A stretch of 64,000 bases of DNA from Candidatus Tayloriibacteriota bacterium (GTDB lineage Bacteria > Patescibacteriota > Minisyncoccia > Phycocordibacterales > PALSA-1337): assembly GCA_016215455.1 (NCBI GenBank), contig JACRJP010000004.1, forward strand, positions 155,787 to 219,786, given 5' to 3'. Below, piece after piece: positions 49,035 through 59,121 of the stretch (the first letter of the stretch is position 1; each line of letters opens with the position of its first letter). The notes beneath the pieces are model-generated. The model worked only from the letters and a program-made list of their open reading frames with translations. It was not told the DNA's origin and did no database searches. A program made the translations under genes and the position numbers.

Positions 49035-49964
49035 CTACTTAACCACCTTCTCCTTGGCAGTTTTTTTCTCGGTAAGTAACATCACTGCTTTTGTGACAAT
49101 CGGAAGAATGTCGTTATAGAAATTGAGTTCAAGAATATCAGTGAGACGAAACCATCGAGCATCATCTAGTCCTCCACTTGTACCAAGAGTGATCTGATCA
49201 AAATTAGCCTTTCCTAGATAGTAGTGTACCTGCTTACGAAGTTTTCCTTTCTCAGGATCAGAAGCAATATATTCATTACTTCCCAAGTCTTCGATAATCT
49301 CAATATCAAGACCCATCTCTTCTTTGATCTCACGAATAGTTCCGGCTGGTACATCCTCGTCAGGTTCTATCTTACCTTTTGAAAGAGTCCAATGTCCGAA
49401 TACATCATGTACAAGTGCGAGATATATTTCTCCTTCATTGTGAGCATACACCACAGCACCTCCAAGTTTCTGAATTGGCATCTTCTCATATGGAATATCA
49501 GGAATCTTTACTTTCTTTTTGCGAGGAGCTGCATCTTTACCTGGTTCACCGAGTTCTTTATACACTGATCCAAGTACACCGTTAATGAACTTACTACTAT
49601 TTTCACCACCGAATGTTTTAGCAAGTTCGATTGATTCATTGATCGCTACTTTTGCAGGAACTTCATCACGATTAGCAAAAATGAGTTCATACAAACCAAG
49701 ACGAAGGATATTACGATCAACAGGAGAAATTTTGTCGAGAGGCCAATCTGGAGCAGCTTTTTCAATGACATTATCAAGATCAGGTCGTTTAGAAATTATA
49801 TTCTTTGCAAGATCTTCGATAAAAGAAAAGTCGCCCATACCAGGAGCATACTCCTCTGCATTGCGGGCGACAATTTTCTTTATTTCTTCATCATGGCGAC
49901 CTCTGAAATCCCACTCAAAGAGTGATTGTAGAACTACGGAGCGTGAGAGATGTCGATTTGCCAT
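49035..49964 (-). CDS. nusB: NusB fused to a C-terminal Nudix domain
   Basis: RHLSRSVVLQSLFE, DRNILRLG and FINGVLG, then KGKIEPDEDVPAGTIREIKEEMG; start moved to MANRH. Confidence 0.9.
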   Translation of the reverse strand: MANRHLSRSVVLQSLFEWDFRGRHDEEIKKIVARNAEEYAPGMGDFSFIEDLAKNIISKRPDLDNVIEKAAPDWPLDKISPVDRNILRLGLYELIFANRDEVPAKVAINESIELAKTFGGENSSKFINGVLGSVYKELGEPGKDAAPRKKKVKIPDIPYEKMPIQKLGGAVVYAHNEGEIYLALVHDVFGHWTLSKGKIEPDEDVPAGTIREIKEEMGLDIEIIEDLGSNEYIASDPEKGKLRKQVHYYLGKANFDQITLGTSGGLDDARWFRLTDILELNFYNDILPIVTKAVMLLTEKKTAKEKVVK

Positions 49965-50002
49965 ATTTTTGTGAAGATCTTCTATAAAACCCAACCTGTC
50001 AT

Positions 50003-50233
50003 CTATCGTGCTACTGTTGTTTCTTTTGCTTTTGCCTTATTGAGCTTCTTATCAACTGCAGCTTTCATATCAACTACCATTCTCCCTTTATAATACCCAC
50101 ATTGACCACACATAACGTGAGAGCGGTGCAGAGCAGCGCAATTTGAACACTTTGAAAGACGAGCATCACTCAAAGCGTGATGTGATCGTCGATTGTCTCG
50201 GTGAGCCCGAGTAGCACGCATTCTGTTTACCAT
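50003..50233 (-). CDS. rpmF: 50S ribosomal protein L32
   Basis: RRSHHAL, CxxC...CxxCGYYKGR; located upstream of nusB. Confidence 0.9.
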   Translation of the reverse strand: MVNRMRATRAHRDNRRSHHALSDARLSKCSNCAALHRSHVMCGQCGYYKGRMVVDMKAAVDKKLNKAKAKETTVAR

Positions 50234-50315
50234 ATACCCGCCAGTATACATTAATTTCCCATAAAGGCAAGAGGTTACAGGCCATATACGGTATAAAGAG
50301 AATATCTGTAAAATT

Positions 50316-51013
50316 AATAAAAATTTGGCTCATTCAATCTCGAAGAATGTCGAGCCGATGCAAAACGGTCCCAAAACTTTCTTGTTCCGGACCAGAGAGG
50401 TATTTCAGATAGGCGTTGGCCGCCTGAATGAACCCCTCCCTGTGATTTGCAAAACACCACCGCATAAAGACCTCAAGAGGAACTGGGCGTGCCCAGATGT
50501 AATCTCCATCAGGCTCCCTGCGCCAATCAGCTTGATTGATGTCAGGGAAAACATGTGAGGTTGCGGTCGGCAATGTCGTGAAGACTGGCGTAATATTGCT
50601 TACCCGCCACTCCGTGACGAGAAAGAAATACTTGGTGTGACTCGCGTAACTGCGATCACAAAAGGCTTCCGAGGAACTGATGACCGAGACACCTGTCTCG
50701 TTCAAGAGCTCTCTCGCTAAACAATGTTGAGGAGATTCTGACTCCTCCTTCATCCCCGAACCTCCGGGAAGTTTGACCTCATCGGTGAACCGGCTACTTG
50801 TAACCCCGATTACCGTCCATGTGGCGCCAATCTTGGCAAACATGGCCCCGGCGGCAAAAAACGTCGACGAATCCTTTTTCTTTGATTTCATTGGCATCCT
50901 TACTCATGGAGAACCTTAAAAAATCACACGAATACATCGTGCGCGTGAGTGTTTGAAAATCACATCAAGGTTCTAGCTAAAATGACTATACTACATAATA
51001 TAAATATAGTCAA
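50316..51013 (-). other. Orphan transcription unit 11
   Basis: TTGACT 51013-51008, 17 nt, TATAGT 50990-50985, AGC at 50978, ORF, TTTTTATT 50323-50316. Confidence 0.75.
50334..50897 (-). CDS. Nudix-family protein with a degenerate Nudix box
   Basis: KLPGGSGMKEESESPQHCLARELLNETGV. Confidence 0.75.
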   Translation of the reverse strand: MPMKSKKKDSSTFFAAGAMFAKIGATWTVIGVTSSRFTDEVKLPGGSGMKEESESPQHCLARELLNETGVSVISSSEAFCDRSYASHTKYFFLVTEWRVSNITPVFTTLPTATSHVFPDINQADWRREPDGDYIWARPVPLEVFMRWCFANHREGFIQAANAYLKYLSGPEQESFGTVLHRLDILRD

Positions 51014-51039
51014 TATCTCTATTCTAAACCTATACTACA

Positions 51040-51630
51040 TCAATTTTGAGCAAGGAAATTAGCCAAAAATGAGCGTCGATGAACAACTGACACTCCTTTG
51101 TTTCTCAGAGCTGTATAGTGGTTTTTAGTACCATATCCTTTATGCACTTCAAACCCGTATCCTGGATATTTTTTTGCCAACTGTGTCATCTTGCGATCAC
51201 GAAGAACCTTCGCAACAATGGAAGCAAGAGCAATAGCAAGCTCTTTTTCATCTCCTTTTATAATCGTTGTTTGATGTAAGTATTGTGCTGGTGCCTTAAG
51301 TCCCCCATCAAGAAGTACGTGAGATTTTTGGGGTGACACTTTGAGCTTCGTAAGCGACGTACTTAAAGCAGACCGAATCGCATAGGAAAGACCTTTTGAG
51401 TCAATTATCTTTTCACTGACAAATGTCACTTTTGTTTTCAGTAGTCCCTTTTTCTCAGCATCATATATTCGCTTGAACCACTCTTCTCTCTGTCGTTCAG
51501 AAAGTTTCTTTGAATCTTTAAAATTCTTAAAACTCAGTGCAATTCTTGGTACGAGTAAAACACACGCCCCAACAGCAACGGGACCGGCGATAGGGCCACG
51601 ACCAACTTCATCAATACCAATAAGATACAT
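51040..51630 (-). CDS. rnhB: Ribonuclease HII
   Basis: GIDEVGRGP, DSKKL, ASIVAKVLRD and HKGYGT motifs. Confidence 0.96.
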   Translation of the reverse strand: MYLIGIDEVGRGPIAGPVAVGACVLLVPRIALSFKNFKDSKKLSERQREEWFKRIYDAEKKGLLKTKVTFVSEKIIDSKGLSYAIRSALSTSLTKLKVSPQKSHVLLDGGLKAPAQYLHQTTIIKGDEKELAIALASIVAKVLRDRKMTQLAKKYPGYGFEVHKGYGTKNHYTALRNKGVSVVHRRSFLANFLAQN

Positions 51631-51638
51631 ATCTATTA

Positions 51639-52199
51639 CTACTGCACAATAACTGTCATTAAATTATTACTGAATCCAGGGCACTGCTGCGATGTAATTT
51701 TTCCATCAGTGTTATATGCATATAGGATATTAAGACCTGGACAAACTCTTCCTCCTTGCGGAGAACTCATCCACCAACAATTATTTCCTGTACCTGTACC
51801 AGGAGCACCAACTGGTGGTCCCTTATCTGATGTCGTATCACAGTAAGCGAAACCGTAATAACGCCATACTGTTGGACCTGCCTCATTACTCACTGGATCA
51901 ACCGGTACCTTAGACATATATTTTGGAACCAGAGCACTTATAAAACTAGCAGTCCAATCACCAGCTACCGCTGCTGAATATGCCCCGAGAGGAGGATATG
52001 CTCCATTATTATCCGATTGATATAAAGCGATAGCATTTCTAATCTGAGTCAGATGCTGTATTCGTAATGCATCTCGAGAACGAGCACGAGCCTGTGTTAG
52101 TGATGCAAGTACTACTGATGACAAAAGACCGATTATTGAAATAACAACAAGAAGTTCTATTAATGTAAAGCCCGCACTTTTCCGAGTTTGTATTTTCAT
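51639..52199 (-). CDS. Type IV pilin/GspG-like protein
   Basis: AG|FTLIELLVVISIIGLL, ARARSRDALR and PVDP motifs. Confidence 0.9.
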   Translation of the reverse strand: MKIQTRKSAGFTLIELLVVISIIGLLSSVVLASLTQARARSRDALRIQHLTQIRNAIALYQSDNNGAYPPLGAYSAAVAGDWTASFISALVPKYMSKVPVDPVSNEAGPTVWRYYGFAYCDTTSDKGPPVGAPGTGTGNNCWWMSSPQGGRVCPGLNILYAYNTDGKITSQQCPGFSNNLMTVIVQ

Positions 52200-52237
52200 T
52201 AGACCAATTCTAACATAATCATATATACTATAGACAT

Positions 52238-55200
52238 ATGTCTTCGCGATTTATCCATCTCCACACCCACAGCCACTACTCTCTCTTGAATGCGCTACCA
52301 AAAATCGATGAACTCATTGATGAAGCAAAGAGCTATGGTATGCATGCACTCGCATTGACTGACGCAGGTAATCTCTACGGAGCGGTTGAATTCTACAAAA
52401 CATGCAAAAAGAAAGAAATCAAACCCATTATCGGCATTGATGCATACGTTGCAGTACGTTCACGTAAAGATATGCAGGCGGGTATCGACAATCGCCGTAA
52501 CCGACTTGTTCTTCTCGCTAAAGACTACAAAGGATATCAAAATCTTGTAGCGCTTGTTACTCTTTCACACCTTGAAGGTTTCTACTACAAACCTCGTATC
52601 GATGCCGAGCTTATTGAAAAATATTCCGAGGGACTTGTGGCTATCGCTCCTTCATTCTCAAGTGACATCAGTGCTGCTCTCAAAGCAAAAGACATTGAAA
52701 AAGCAAAAACACTCATCGCTTTTTACACCAAGGTATATGGTCATGAAAATTTTTATATCGAAATTACCCGACACCCTGAAATTGATGGACATGAAGGTTT
52801 GATGAATCAACTCATTAAACTAGCGGGAGAAACAGGGACACAACTCGTTGCGGGACATGATATTTATTATCTCAAACCAGAAGATAAGATTGCTCGAGAA
52901 ACACTAACCCTCGTAAATACTCACGGAGATATCAGTGAGCGAGTTAATACTGATAACGATGATGACTACTCTTTCATTTCTCCTCTTGAAATGGAAAAAC
53001 GCTTCATGGATATTCCTCAAGCGATCGCTAATACCGTAAAAATTGCGGACATGTGTAATCTTGATCTTACGCTTGGTAAATGGATTTTTCCAAACTATAT
53101 TGTCGAAAGTGGTCTCTCATATGACGATGAACTTCGTCGTATTGCTTATGAAGGTATTCCAAAACGAGGGCTTGAGCCAACACCAGAAATTGTTGAGCGA
53201 CTTGAATATGAACTTAAGGTCATTAAAGATAAGGGATACCCTCAATATTTTCTTGTAGTATCAGATCTCCTCAAATACGCTCATGACCACGGAATCCTCA
53301 CCAACATTCGAGGTTCAGTTGCTGGTTCACTCACCACATATGTAACAGGAATTACCAATGTAAATCCACTTGAATACAAACTCCCCTTTGAACGATTTCT
53401 CAACCCTCAGCGACCTTCAGCACCTGATATCGACATGGACTATGCCGATAACCGTCGAGACGAAATAATTGAATACACCCGCAAGAAATACGGATACGAT
53501 AAGGTGGCTCAGATTGGTACATTCGGTACCATGATGGCCCGCGGTGCTGTTCGTGATGTCTCTCGTGCTATGGGCTACGACTATGAAGTTGGTGACCGAA
53601 TATCAAAACTCATTCCAATGGGTGCACAGGGTTTTCCAATGACAATTGATCGAGCACTTGAAGAAGTAAACGAATTAAAAGAAATCTATGAAAAAGATGA
53701 GACTGCAAAGCGTATCATCGACATGGCAAAAAAGATTGAAGGTTGTGCTCGTCACATCTCTGTTCACGCAGCTGGAGTGGTGATTGCTCCCCGCCCTCTC
53801 ATTGAATATGTACCTCTGCAGTACGATACAAAAGGTGAACAAAAGATTATTACTCAATACGACATGCACGCTGTAGGTGAAGATGGTATCGGACTTCTTA
53901 AATTCGACTTTCTTGGTATCAAAAACCTTTCAATTCTTGCTGATGCTGTTGATCGTGTAAAAAAGATTGAAAAAATCGATGTCGACATTGAAAACATTCC
54001 TCTCGATGATAAAAAAACATTTGAAATGCTTGCTCGTGGCGAAACGATCGGCCTTTTCCAGTTGAACGGAAGTGGAATGACCAAATTCCTTGTTGAACTC
54101 AAACCTTCAACAATCCACGATATCAATGCTATGGTCGCCCTCTATCGACCAGGACCGATCGAATCAATTCCTCAATATATTGAACGAAAACACGACCCAT
54201 CAAAAATCGAGTTCCTTGATCCACGGATGAAAACTATCCTCGAACGTTCATATGGTGTTATCACCTACCAAGACGACGTTATGATGATTGCTATCGAACT
54301 CGGTGGATATTCTTGGCTTGAAGCTGACAAGCTCCGTAAAGCGATGGGTAAAAAGATTCCAAAAGAAATGGAAGAACAGAAAGGAAAACTTTTTGATGGT
54401 CTCATAAAAAATGGCATGAAGGAAGCGAAAGCTAAAAAACTCTGGTCGCTCATTGAACCATTCGCAGCGTACGGATTCAACAAAGCTCACGCTGCAAGTT
54501 ATGGTCGTGTTGCCTACCAAACTTCATATATGAAGGCGAACTTCCCTGCTATATATATGTCTGCAGTACTCACCGCCGACTCAGGTGATGTAGAAAAGAT
54601 TGGTGAAATAATCACAGAATGTAAGCGTATGGGTATTCCGATTCTTCCACCAGACGTTAATGAAAGTTTCAGTCAGTTCACTGTGATCCGAGGAGAAATT
54701 AATCCTACAACTGGCGAAAAAGAAAAAGACCGTATTCGTTTCGGACTTGTTACTATCAAAAACTTCGGACAAGGTATTGCTACTGCCATCATTGATGAAC
54801 GTAAAAAAGGTGGGGCCTTTACCTCACTCATCAACTTCCTTGATCGAGTCAAAGATCGTAACCTTAATAAAAAATCTCTCGAATCACTCATCAAAGCAGG
54901 AGCACTCGATTGCTTTGGAGTTGAACGTGGAAAACTTCTTGGAAATATTGAAACTCTCCTTAATTACAACAAAGAGCATGATCGAACTCCAGCAGGACAA
55001 GATTCTCTCTTTGGTCTCATGTCTGACACATCAACTCTCCCAACTCTCAAACTTGCTGATGTCCCCCCTATCTCGCCTCGCGAAGCTCTCGTCTGGGAAA
55101 AAGAACTCCTTGGTCTCTATATTTCAGGTCACCCTCTCGATCGCTATCGAGCAATTATTGAGAAGCGCGATATGAACATCGTCAAAGCAAAAGAATTACT

Positions 55201-55453
55201 CACTGATGGTAAAGAGGTTATTTTTGCTGCAATCATAGAAGAAATAAAACCTATTATGAGTAAAAAAAGTGAGATGATGGCATTCCTCCGACTTACCGAT
55301 TTCACTGGTTCAATCGAGTCAGTTATCTTCCCCAAACTCTTCACCCAATACAAAAATCTCATGGTTGTCGACAAATGTCTTGCTATCAAAGGAAAGATGT
55401 CAGAACGTAATGGTCAGAAAAGTATTATTATCGACAAACTTCAAGAACTATAG
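52238..55453 (+). CDS. dnaE: DNA polymerase III alpha subunit
   Basis: PHP domain HLHTHSHYS; PDIDMD, KFDFLG and YGFNKAHA motifs. Confidence 0.98.
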   Translation: MSSRFIHLHTHSHYSLLNALPKIDELIDEAKSYGMHALALTDAGNLYGAVEFYKTCKKKEIKPIIGIDAYVAVRSRKDMQAGIDNRRNRLVLLAKDYKGYQNLVALVTLSHLEGFYYKPRIDAELIEKYSEGLVAIAPSFSSDISAALKAKDIEKAKTLIAFYTKVYGHENFYIEITRHPEIDGHEGLMNQLIKLAGETGTQLVAGHDIYYLKPEDKIARETLTLVNTHGDISERVNTDNDDDYSFISPLEMEKRFMDIPQAIANTVKIADMCNLDLTLGKWIFPNYIVESGLSYDDELRRIAYEGIPKRGLEPTPEIVERLEYELKVIKDKGYPQYFLVVSDLLKYAHDHGILTNIRGSVAGSLTTYVTGITNVNPLEYKLPFERFLNPQRPSAPDIDMDYADNRRDEIIEYTRKKYGYDKVAQIGTFGTMMARGAVRDVSRAMGYDYEVGDRISKLIPMGAQGFPMTIDRALEEVNELKEIYEKDETAKRIIDMAKKIEGCARHISVHAAGVVIAPRPLIEYVPLQYDTKGEQKIITQYDMHAVGEDGIGLLKFDFLGIKNLSILADAVDRVKKIEKIDVDIENIPLDDKKTFEMLARGETIGLFQLNGSGMTKFLVELKPSTIHDINAMVALYRPGPIESIPQYIERKHDPSKIEFLDPRMKTILERSYGVITYQDDVMMIAIELGGYSWLEADKLRKAMGKKIPKEMEEQKGKLFDGLIKNGMKEAKAKKLWSLIEPFAAYGFNKAHAASYGRVAYQTSYMKANFPAIYMSAVLTADSGDVEKIGEIITECKRMGIPILPPDVNESFSQFTVIRGEINPTTGEKEKDRIRFGLVTIKNFGQGIATAIIDERKKGGAFTSLINFLDRVKDRNLNKKSLESLIKAGALDCFGVERGKLLGNIETLLNYNKEHDRTPAGQDSLFGLMSDTSTLPTLKLADVPPISPREALVWEKELLGLYISGHPLDRYRAIIEKRDMNIVKAKELLTDGKEVIFAAIIEEIKPIMSKKSEMMAFLRLTDFTGSIESVIFPKLFTQYKNLMVVDKCLAIKGKMSERNGQKSIIIDKLQEL

Positions 55454-55495
55454 CGTCTCTACCAAAATAGGCTATTTTTTGATATAGTCATGCGT

Positions 55496-57244
55496 ATGAA
55501 TACACATGAAGAACTTCCACAGATCCGCCATTCTTTGGCGCATTTGTTAGCTGCCGCAGTCCAAGAACTCCACCCTGGGACCAAAAACACCATCGGCCCT
55601 GCTATTGACGATGGCTTCTACTATGACTTTGAATTCATGTCCCCTATTTCAGACAAGGAACTCCCTGCTCTTGAAAAGAAAATGCGATCACTTCTTCCAA
55701 CATGGAAAGAATTTACTCACAAAGAAATTTCAGAAAAAGAAGCTCGAGAATATTTTAAAGATAATCCTTACAAACTTGAATTAATTGAAGAAATCACAAA
55801 GAAAGGTGAGAAAATTACCCTCTACACGAGTGGTACTTTTACTGATCTTTGTCGTGGTGGTCATGTAGGATGTCCTGCAAAAGATATCAGAGCAGATGCA
55901 TTTCGTCTCACTCGAATAGCTGGTGCCTACTGGCGAGGTGACGAAAAAAATACCATGCTCACTCGTATATATGGTCATGCATTCGAGACGAAAGAGCGAC
56001 TTGATGATTACGAAACAATGCAAGAAGAAGCAAAAAAACGCGATCACAAGAAACTCGGTCGTGAACTTGGTCTCTTTACCATCTCACCTCTTGTTGGAGC
56101 AGGACTTCCTCTCATGCAACCAAAAGGTATGGTTATCAGAAAAGCGGTAGAAGACTATCTTTGGGAACTTCATAAAGTACGCGGCTACCAGCGTGTTTGG
56201 ACTCCTCACATCGCAAAGGAAGAACTGTATATCACATCTGGTCATGCTGCAAAATTTGGTGATGAACTTTTCCGTGTCCAAGGTAAAGATGAGAAATTCA
56301 TTATGAAACCGATGAATTGTCCTCATCACATGCAAATCTTTGCTGATAATCAATTCTCATACCGACATATGCCGGTACGCTACTTTGAACCTGCAACAGT
56401 CTATCGTGATGAGAAGACAGGGCAACTCGGAGGACTCACTCGTGTGCGTTCTATCACCCAAGATGATGGACATCTCTTCTGCCGTGTAAGTCAGATTAAT
56501 CAAGAAGTAAGTGCTATCGTCGATATCATTCGAAATTTCTACACAACCATCGGTCTCATGAATGACTACTGGGTAAGTCTCTCTGTACGTGGAGATGATA
56601 AAAGTAAGTACCTTGGAACAGATGAGGCTTGGGAAACAGCTGAAGCAGCACTCGAACAAGCAGCAAAAGATAATAAACTCAACTACAAGCGAGTTACCGG
56701 CGAAGCTGCATTCTACGGACCAAAACTCGACTTCATGTTCAAAGATGCAATTGGTCGTGAGTGGCAACTTGGAACTATCCAATGTGACTTCAACCTTCCT
56801 GAACGCTTTGACCTTTCATTTATCAATGAAAAAGGTGAGAAGGAACGACCGGTAGTCATCCACCGTGCTATATCAGGATCACTTGAACGATTCCTTGGAA
56901 TTATCATTGAACACTTTGTTGGCAAGTTCCCTCTCTGGCTTTCACCTGTACAAACTCGCATCATCCCTATCGGTGAAGCACATCATGCGGAAGCAATACG
57001 TATTCACGATATGCTCTCAGCTCTCGATATCCGTTCAGAAATCGACTTGAGCCATGACAACTTTGGTAAAAAGGTTCGAGCAGCAAAAACAGAACACATT
57101 CCTTATTTCATTATCATTGGAGATAAAGATATTGCTGCAGGAAAAATAACTCTTGAAAGTCGTGATAAAGGCCAAATTGGACAAATATCACCTGAAGAAT
57201 TGGTAGCAAAACTAACTCAAGAGATTAAAACTCGAGCACTTTAG
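55496..57244 (+). CDS. thrS: Threonine--tRNA ligase
   Basis: RHSLAHLL, DLCRGGH, KPMNCPHH and HRAISGSLERF; ATG at 55496 lies 7 nt after TATAGT (55490 is an alternative). Confidence 0.97.
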   Translation: MNTHEELPQIRHSLAHLLAAAVQELHPGTKNTIGPAIDDGFYYDFEFMSPISDKELPALEKKMRSLLPTWKEFTHKEISEKEAREYFKDNPYKLELIEEITKKGEKITLYTSGTFTDLCRGGHVGCPAKDIRADAFRLTRIAGAYWRGDEKNTMLTRIYGHAFETKERLDDYETMQEEAKKRDHKKLGRELGLFTISPLVGAGLPLMQPKGMVIRKAVEDYLWELHKVRGYQRVWTPHIAKEELYITSGHAAKFGDELFRVQGKDEKFIMKPMNCPHHMQIFADNQFSYRHMPVRYFEPATVYRDEKTGQLGGLTRVRSITQDDGHLFCRVSQINQEVSAIVDIIRNFYTTIGLMNDYWVSLSVRGDDKSKYLGTDEAWETAEAALEQAAKDNKLNYKRVTGEAAFYGPKLDFMFKDAIGREWQLGTIQCDFNLPERFDLSFINEKGEKERPVVIHRAISGSLERFLGIIIEHFVGKFPLWLSPVQTRIIPIGEAHHAEAIRIHDMLSALDIRSEIDLSHDNFGKKVRAAKTEHIPYFIIIGDKDIAAGKITLESRDKGQIGQISPEELVAKLTQEIKTRAL

Positions 57245-57272
57245 CAGATAAAATTCTGATAAAGTTTTTATA

Positions 57273-57306
57273 AAAATCCCCATTGTGAATGTACGCTGGG
57301 GATTTT
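57273..57306 (+). terminator. Hairpin after thrS
   Basis: AAAATCCCCA...TGGGGATTTT. Confidence 0.65.
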
Positions 57307-57340
57307 ATAATTGTCCTATTATTAATTAACTCCATAACTC

Positions 57341-57616
57341 ATGCTCGAAACTGAACCAAAATATTTTACTGATTTTAGAAAGATTGTACTCACAAGATTT
57401 GATCAGATAGATAAAAAGTTTAACTCTATTGAAAAAAGACTTGATGATGAGTTTGAAGGTATCAACGCACGACTCGATAGTCATGCCGAACAGATAGCTG
57501 AAATGGCGACTAACATCATCACCATCAAACACCTCCTCCATAAAAAAGCCGACAAAGGTGATGTGGAATCACTTGATCGACGAGTTACTTCTCTTGAAAA
57601 AGCAAGCAACATATAA
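57341..57616 (+). CDS. Small coiled-coil hypothetical protein
   Basis: Heptad pattern RFDQIDKKFNSIEKRLD...LDRRVTSLE. Confidence 0.7.
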   Translation: MLETEPKYFTDFRKIVLTRFDQIDKKFNSIEKRLDDEFEGINARLDSHAEQIAEMATNIITIKHLLHKKADKGDVESLDRRVTSLEKASNI

Positions 57617-57655
57617 TAAAAGAACCGACATATGTCGGTTCTTTTATTATATGTT
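57608..57655. repeat. 48-bp perfect palindrome (likely bidirectional terminator)
   Basis: AACATATAATAAAAGAACCGACAT|ATGTCGGTTCTTTTATTATATGTT. Confidence 0.9.
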
Positions 57656-57704
57656 TCAGACAGCTGTACTCAGTAATTTAGACATTTTATACCCTCGCAA
57701 ACCT

Positions 57705-59057
57705 TTATATCTTACTCTTATTAAAGAGAAGATACATAACAGTTCCGAAGAGTACGAAGATAACAATAATTGCTACTGCGCCCCAAGGAACATTGTTGAG
57801 AGCAAGGAATGAAGATGCTGTCTGTGCTGATGCCTCTGGAGTTGCTGCAGGCTTTGCGGCAACAACAGGAGCCGTAGACTTACGAGCAACTTGCTGTTTG
57901 TAATTAACCTGGACACTTGTTGCACATGTAGTTGAGACTGTTCGTCCAGCTGAAGTAACAGTAACCGTAGCACTCTTACTTCCTGTTGCAGGATATGCCG
58001 TCACCGTCATTCGCTGTGAACCAATGAGTCCATCAGTACCTGTCCATGAGTATGCATAGACACCATTACCTCCAGTCGGAGTAGCTGTCCACGTAATTGG
58101 TGTACTTGGTGCTACATCTGTCTTATCTGGATAACATGTCACACCGAGAGTACCTGCTGTTGTATTTCCGTAGTATGAAGTATTTGTTGGGATACCAATA
58201 TTTACGTAACCACATGATTGAGTAACAACTCGTCCATTTGAACGAACAGTTACATTCGCAAACTTAGGACCAGTCGCATTGTATCGAACATTTGTATATG
58301 AATCTCCACCATAGATATGGTCACTGCCTGTCCATGAATATGTGTAGTATCCTGAACCGCCAGTAACAGAAGCTGTCCATGTAACATATTCACCAACCTG
58401 AGCAAAATTAACTGAAGGAGAACAGATTACTGAAATAGGTCCTGAGTCATAGTAACGGCCATCATAACGATTGTTACTGTAATCATAGTAATCGTATGAA
58501 TAATGACGATCGTTGTAATACGGTCCATCATAGTCATCATAACGACTTTCAACAGTTACAGAGTTTGAACAAGAAATTCGAATAGATTGATTTCCTGATG
58601 TAATTCGTACAGAAGCATTCTTTATACCAGAGTTACTGTATGAACGATAGAGAGTTGAACCTGATCCATTAAGACCATCAGTTCCATCCCAATCATACGA
58701 ATAACTACCTGTACCACCGTAGGCGTTAGCTCTCCATGTTACCGTTGTACCAGTTCGAGCATATGTAGGGTCGACATTACAAGAACCACTCAAAGAACCC
58801 TGGTATGGAGGATATGTTGGATATGAAGTGTTGTAATCACTATACACAACAGGAACTACACCAGGTGTAATAACAGTACCACCAGGACTATTAACGTTAC
58901 TATTAACGTTGTTACTGTTGGTATTATTAATCACTGATGGCTGATCATCTTCAAACACTCCGAATGGATCAAGAGGGTTAAAAGCTTGTGCAGAGATCGG
59001 AAACACAGACAAAACAAGCGCAATCGCAAGAATGCCGAAAATATTATTTTTATTCAT
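57705..59057 (-). CDS. Surface protein with three PKD/Ig-like repeats and a C-terminal TM anchor
   Basis: Signal peptide; three copies of C..(V/I)TW.A...GG.G.Y.Y.W.G.D...G.K.A.V; Tyr/Asp-rich linker; start is either 59057 or 59081. Confidence 0.8.
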   Translation of the reverse strand: MNKNNIFGILAIALVLSVFPISAQAFNPLDPFGVFEDDQPSVINNTNSNNVNSNVNSPGGTVITPGVVPVVYSDYNTSYPTYPPYQGSLSGSCNVDPTYARTGTTVTWRANAYGGTGSYSYDWDGTDGLNGSGSTLYRSYSNSGIKNASVRITSGNQSIRISCSNSVTVESRYDDYDGPYYNDRHYSYDYYDYSNNRYDGRYYDSGPISVICSPSVNFAQVGEYVTWTASVTGGSGYYTYSWTGSDHIYGGDSYTNVRYNATGPKFANVTVRSNGRVVTQSCGYVNIGIPTNTSYYGNTTAGTLGVTCYPDKTDVAPSTPITWTATPTGGNGVYAYSWTGTDGLIGSQRMTVTAYPATGSKSATVTVTSAGRTVSTTCATSVQVNYKQQVARKSTAPVVAAKPAATPEASAQTASSFLALNNVPWGAVAIIVIFVLFGTVMYLLFNKSKI

Positions 59058-59121
59058 ATATTTGTTTCCTATATTAGTCATGGTAAGCATTATATATTAT
59101 ATTTACTGAAAAGTCAATAGC

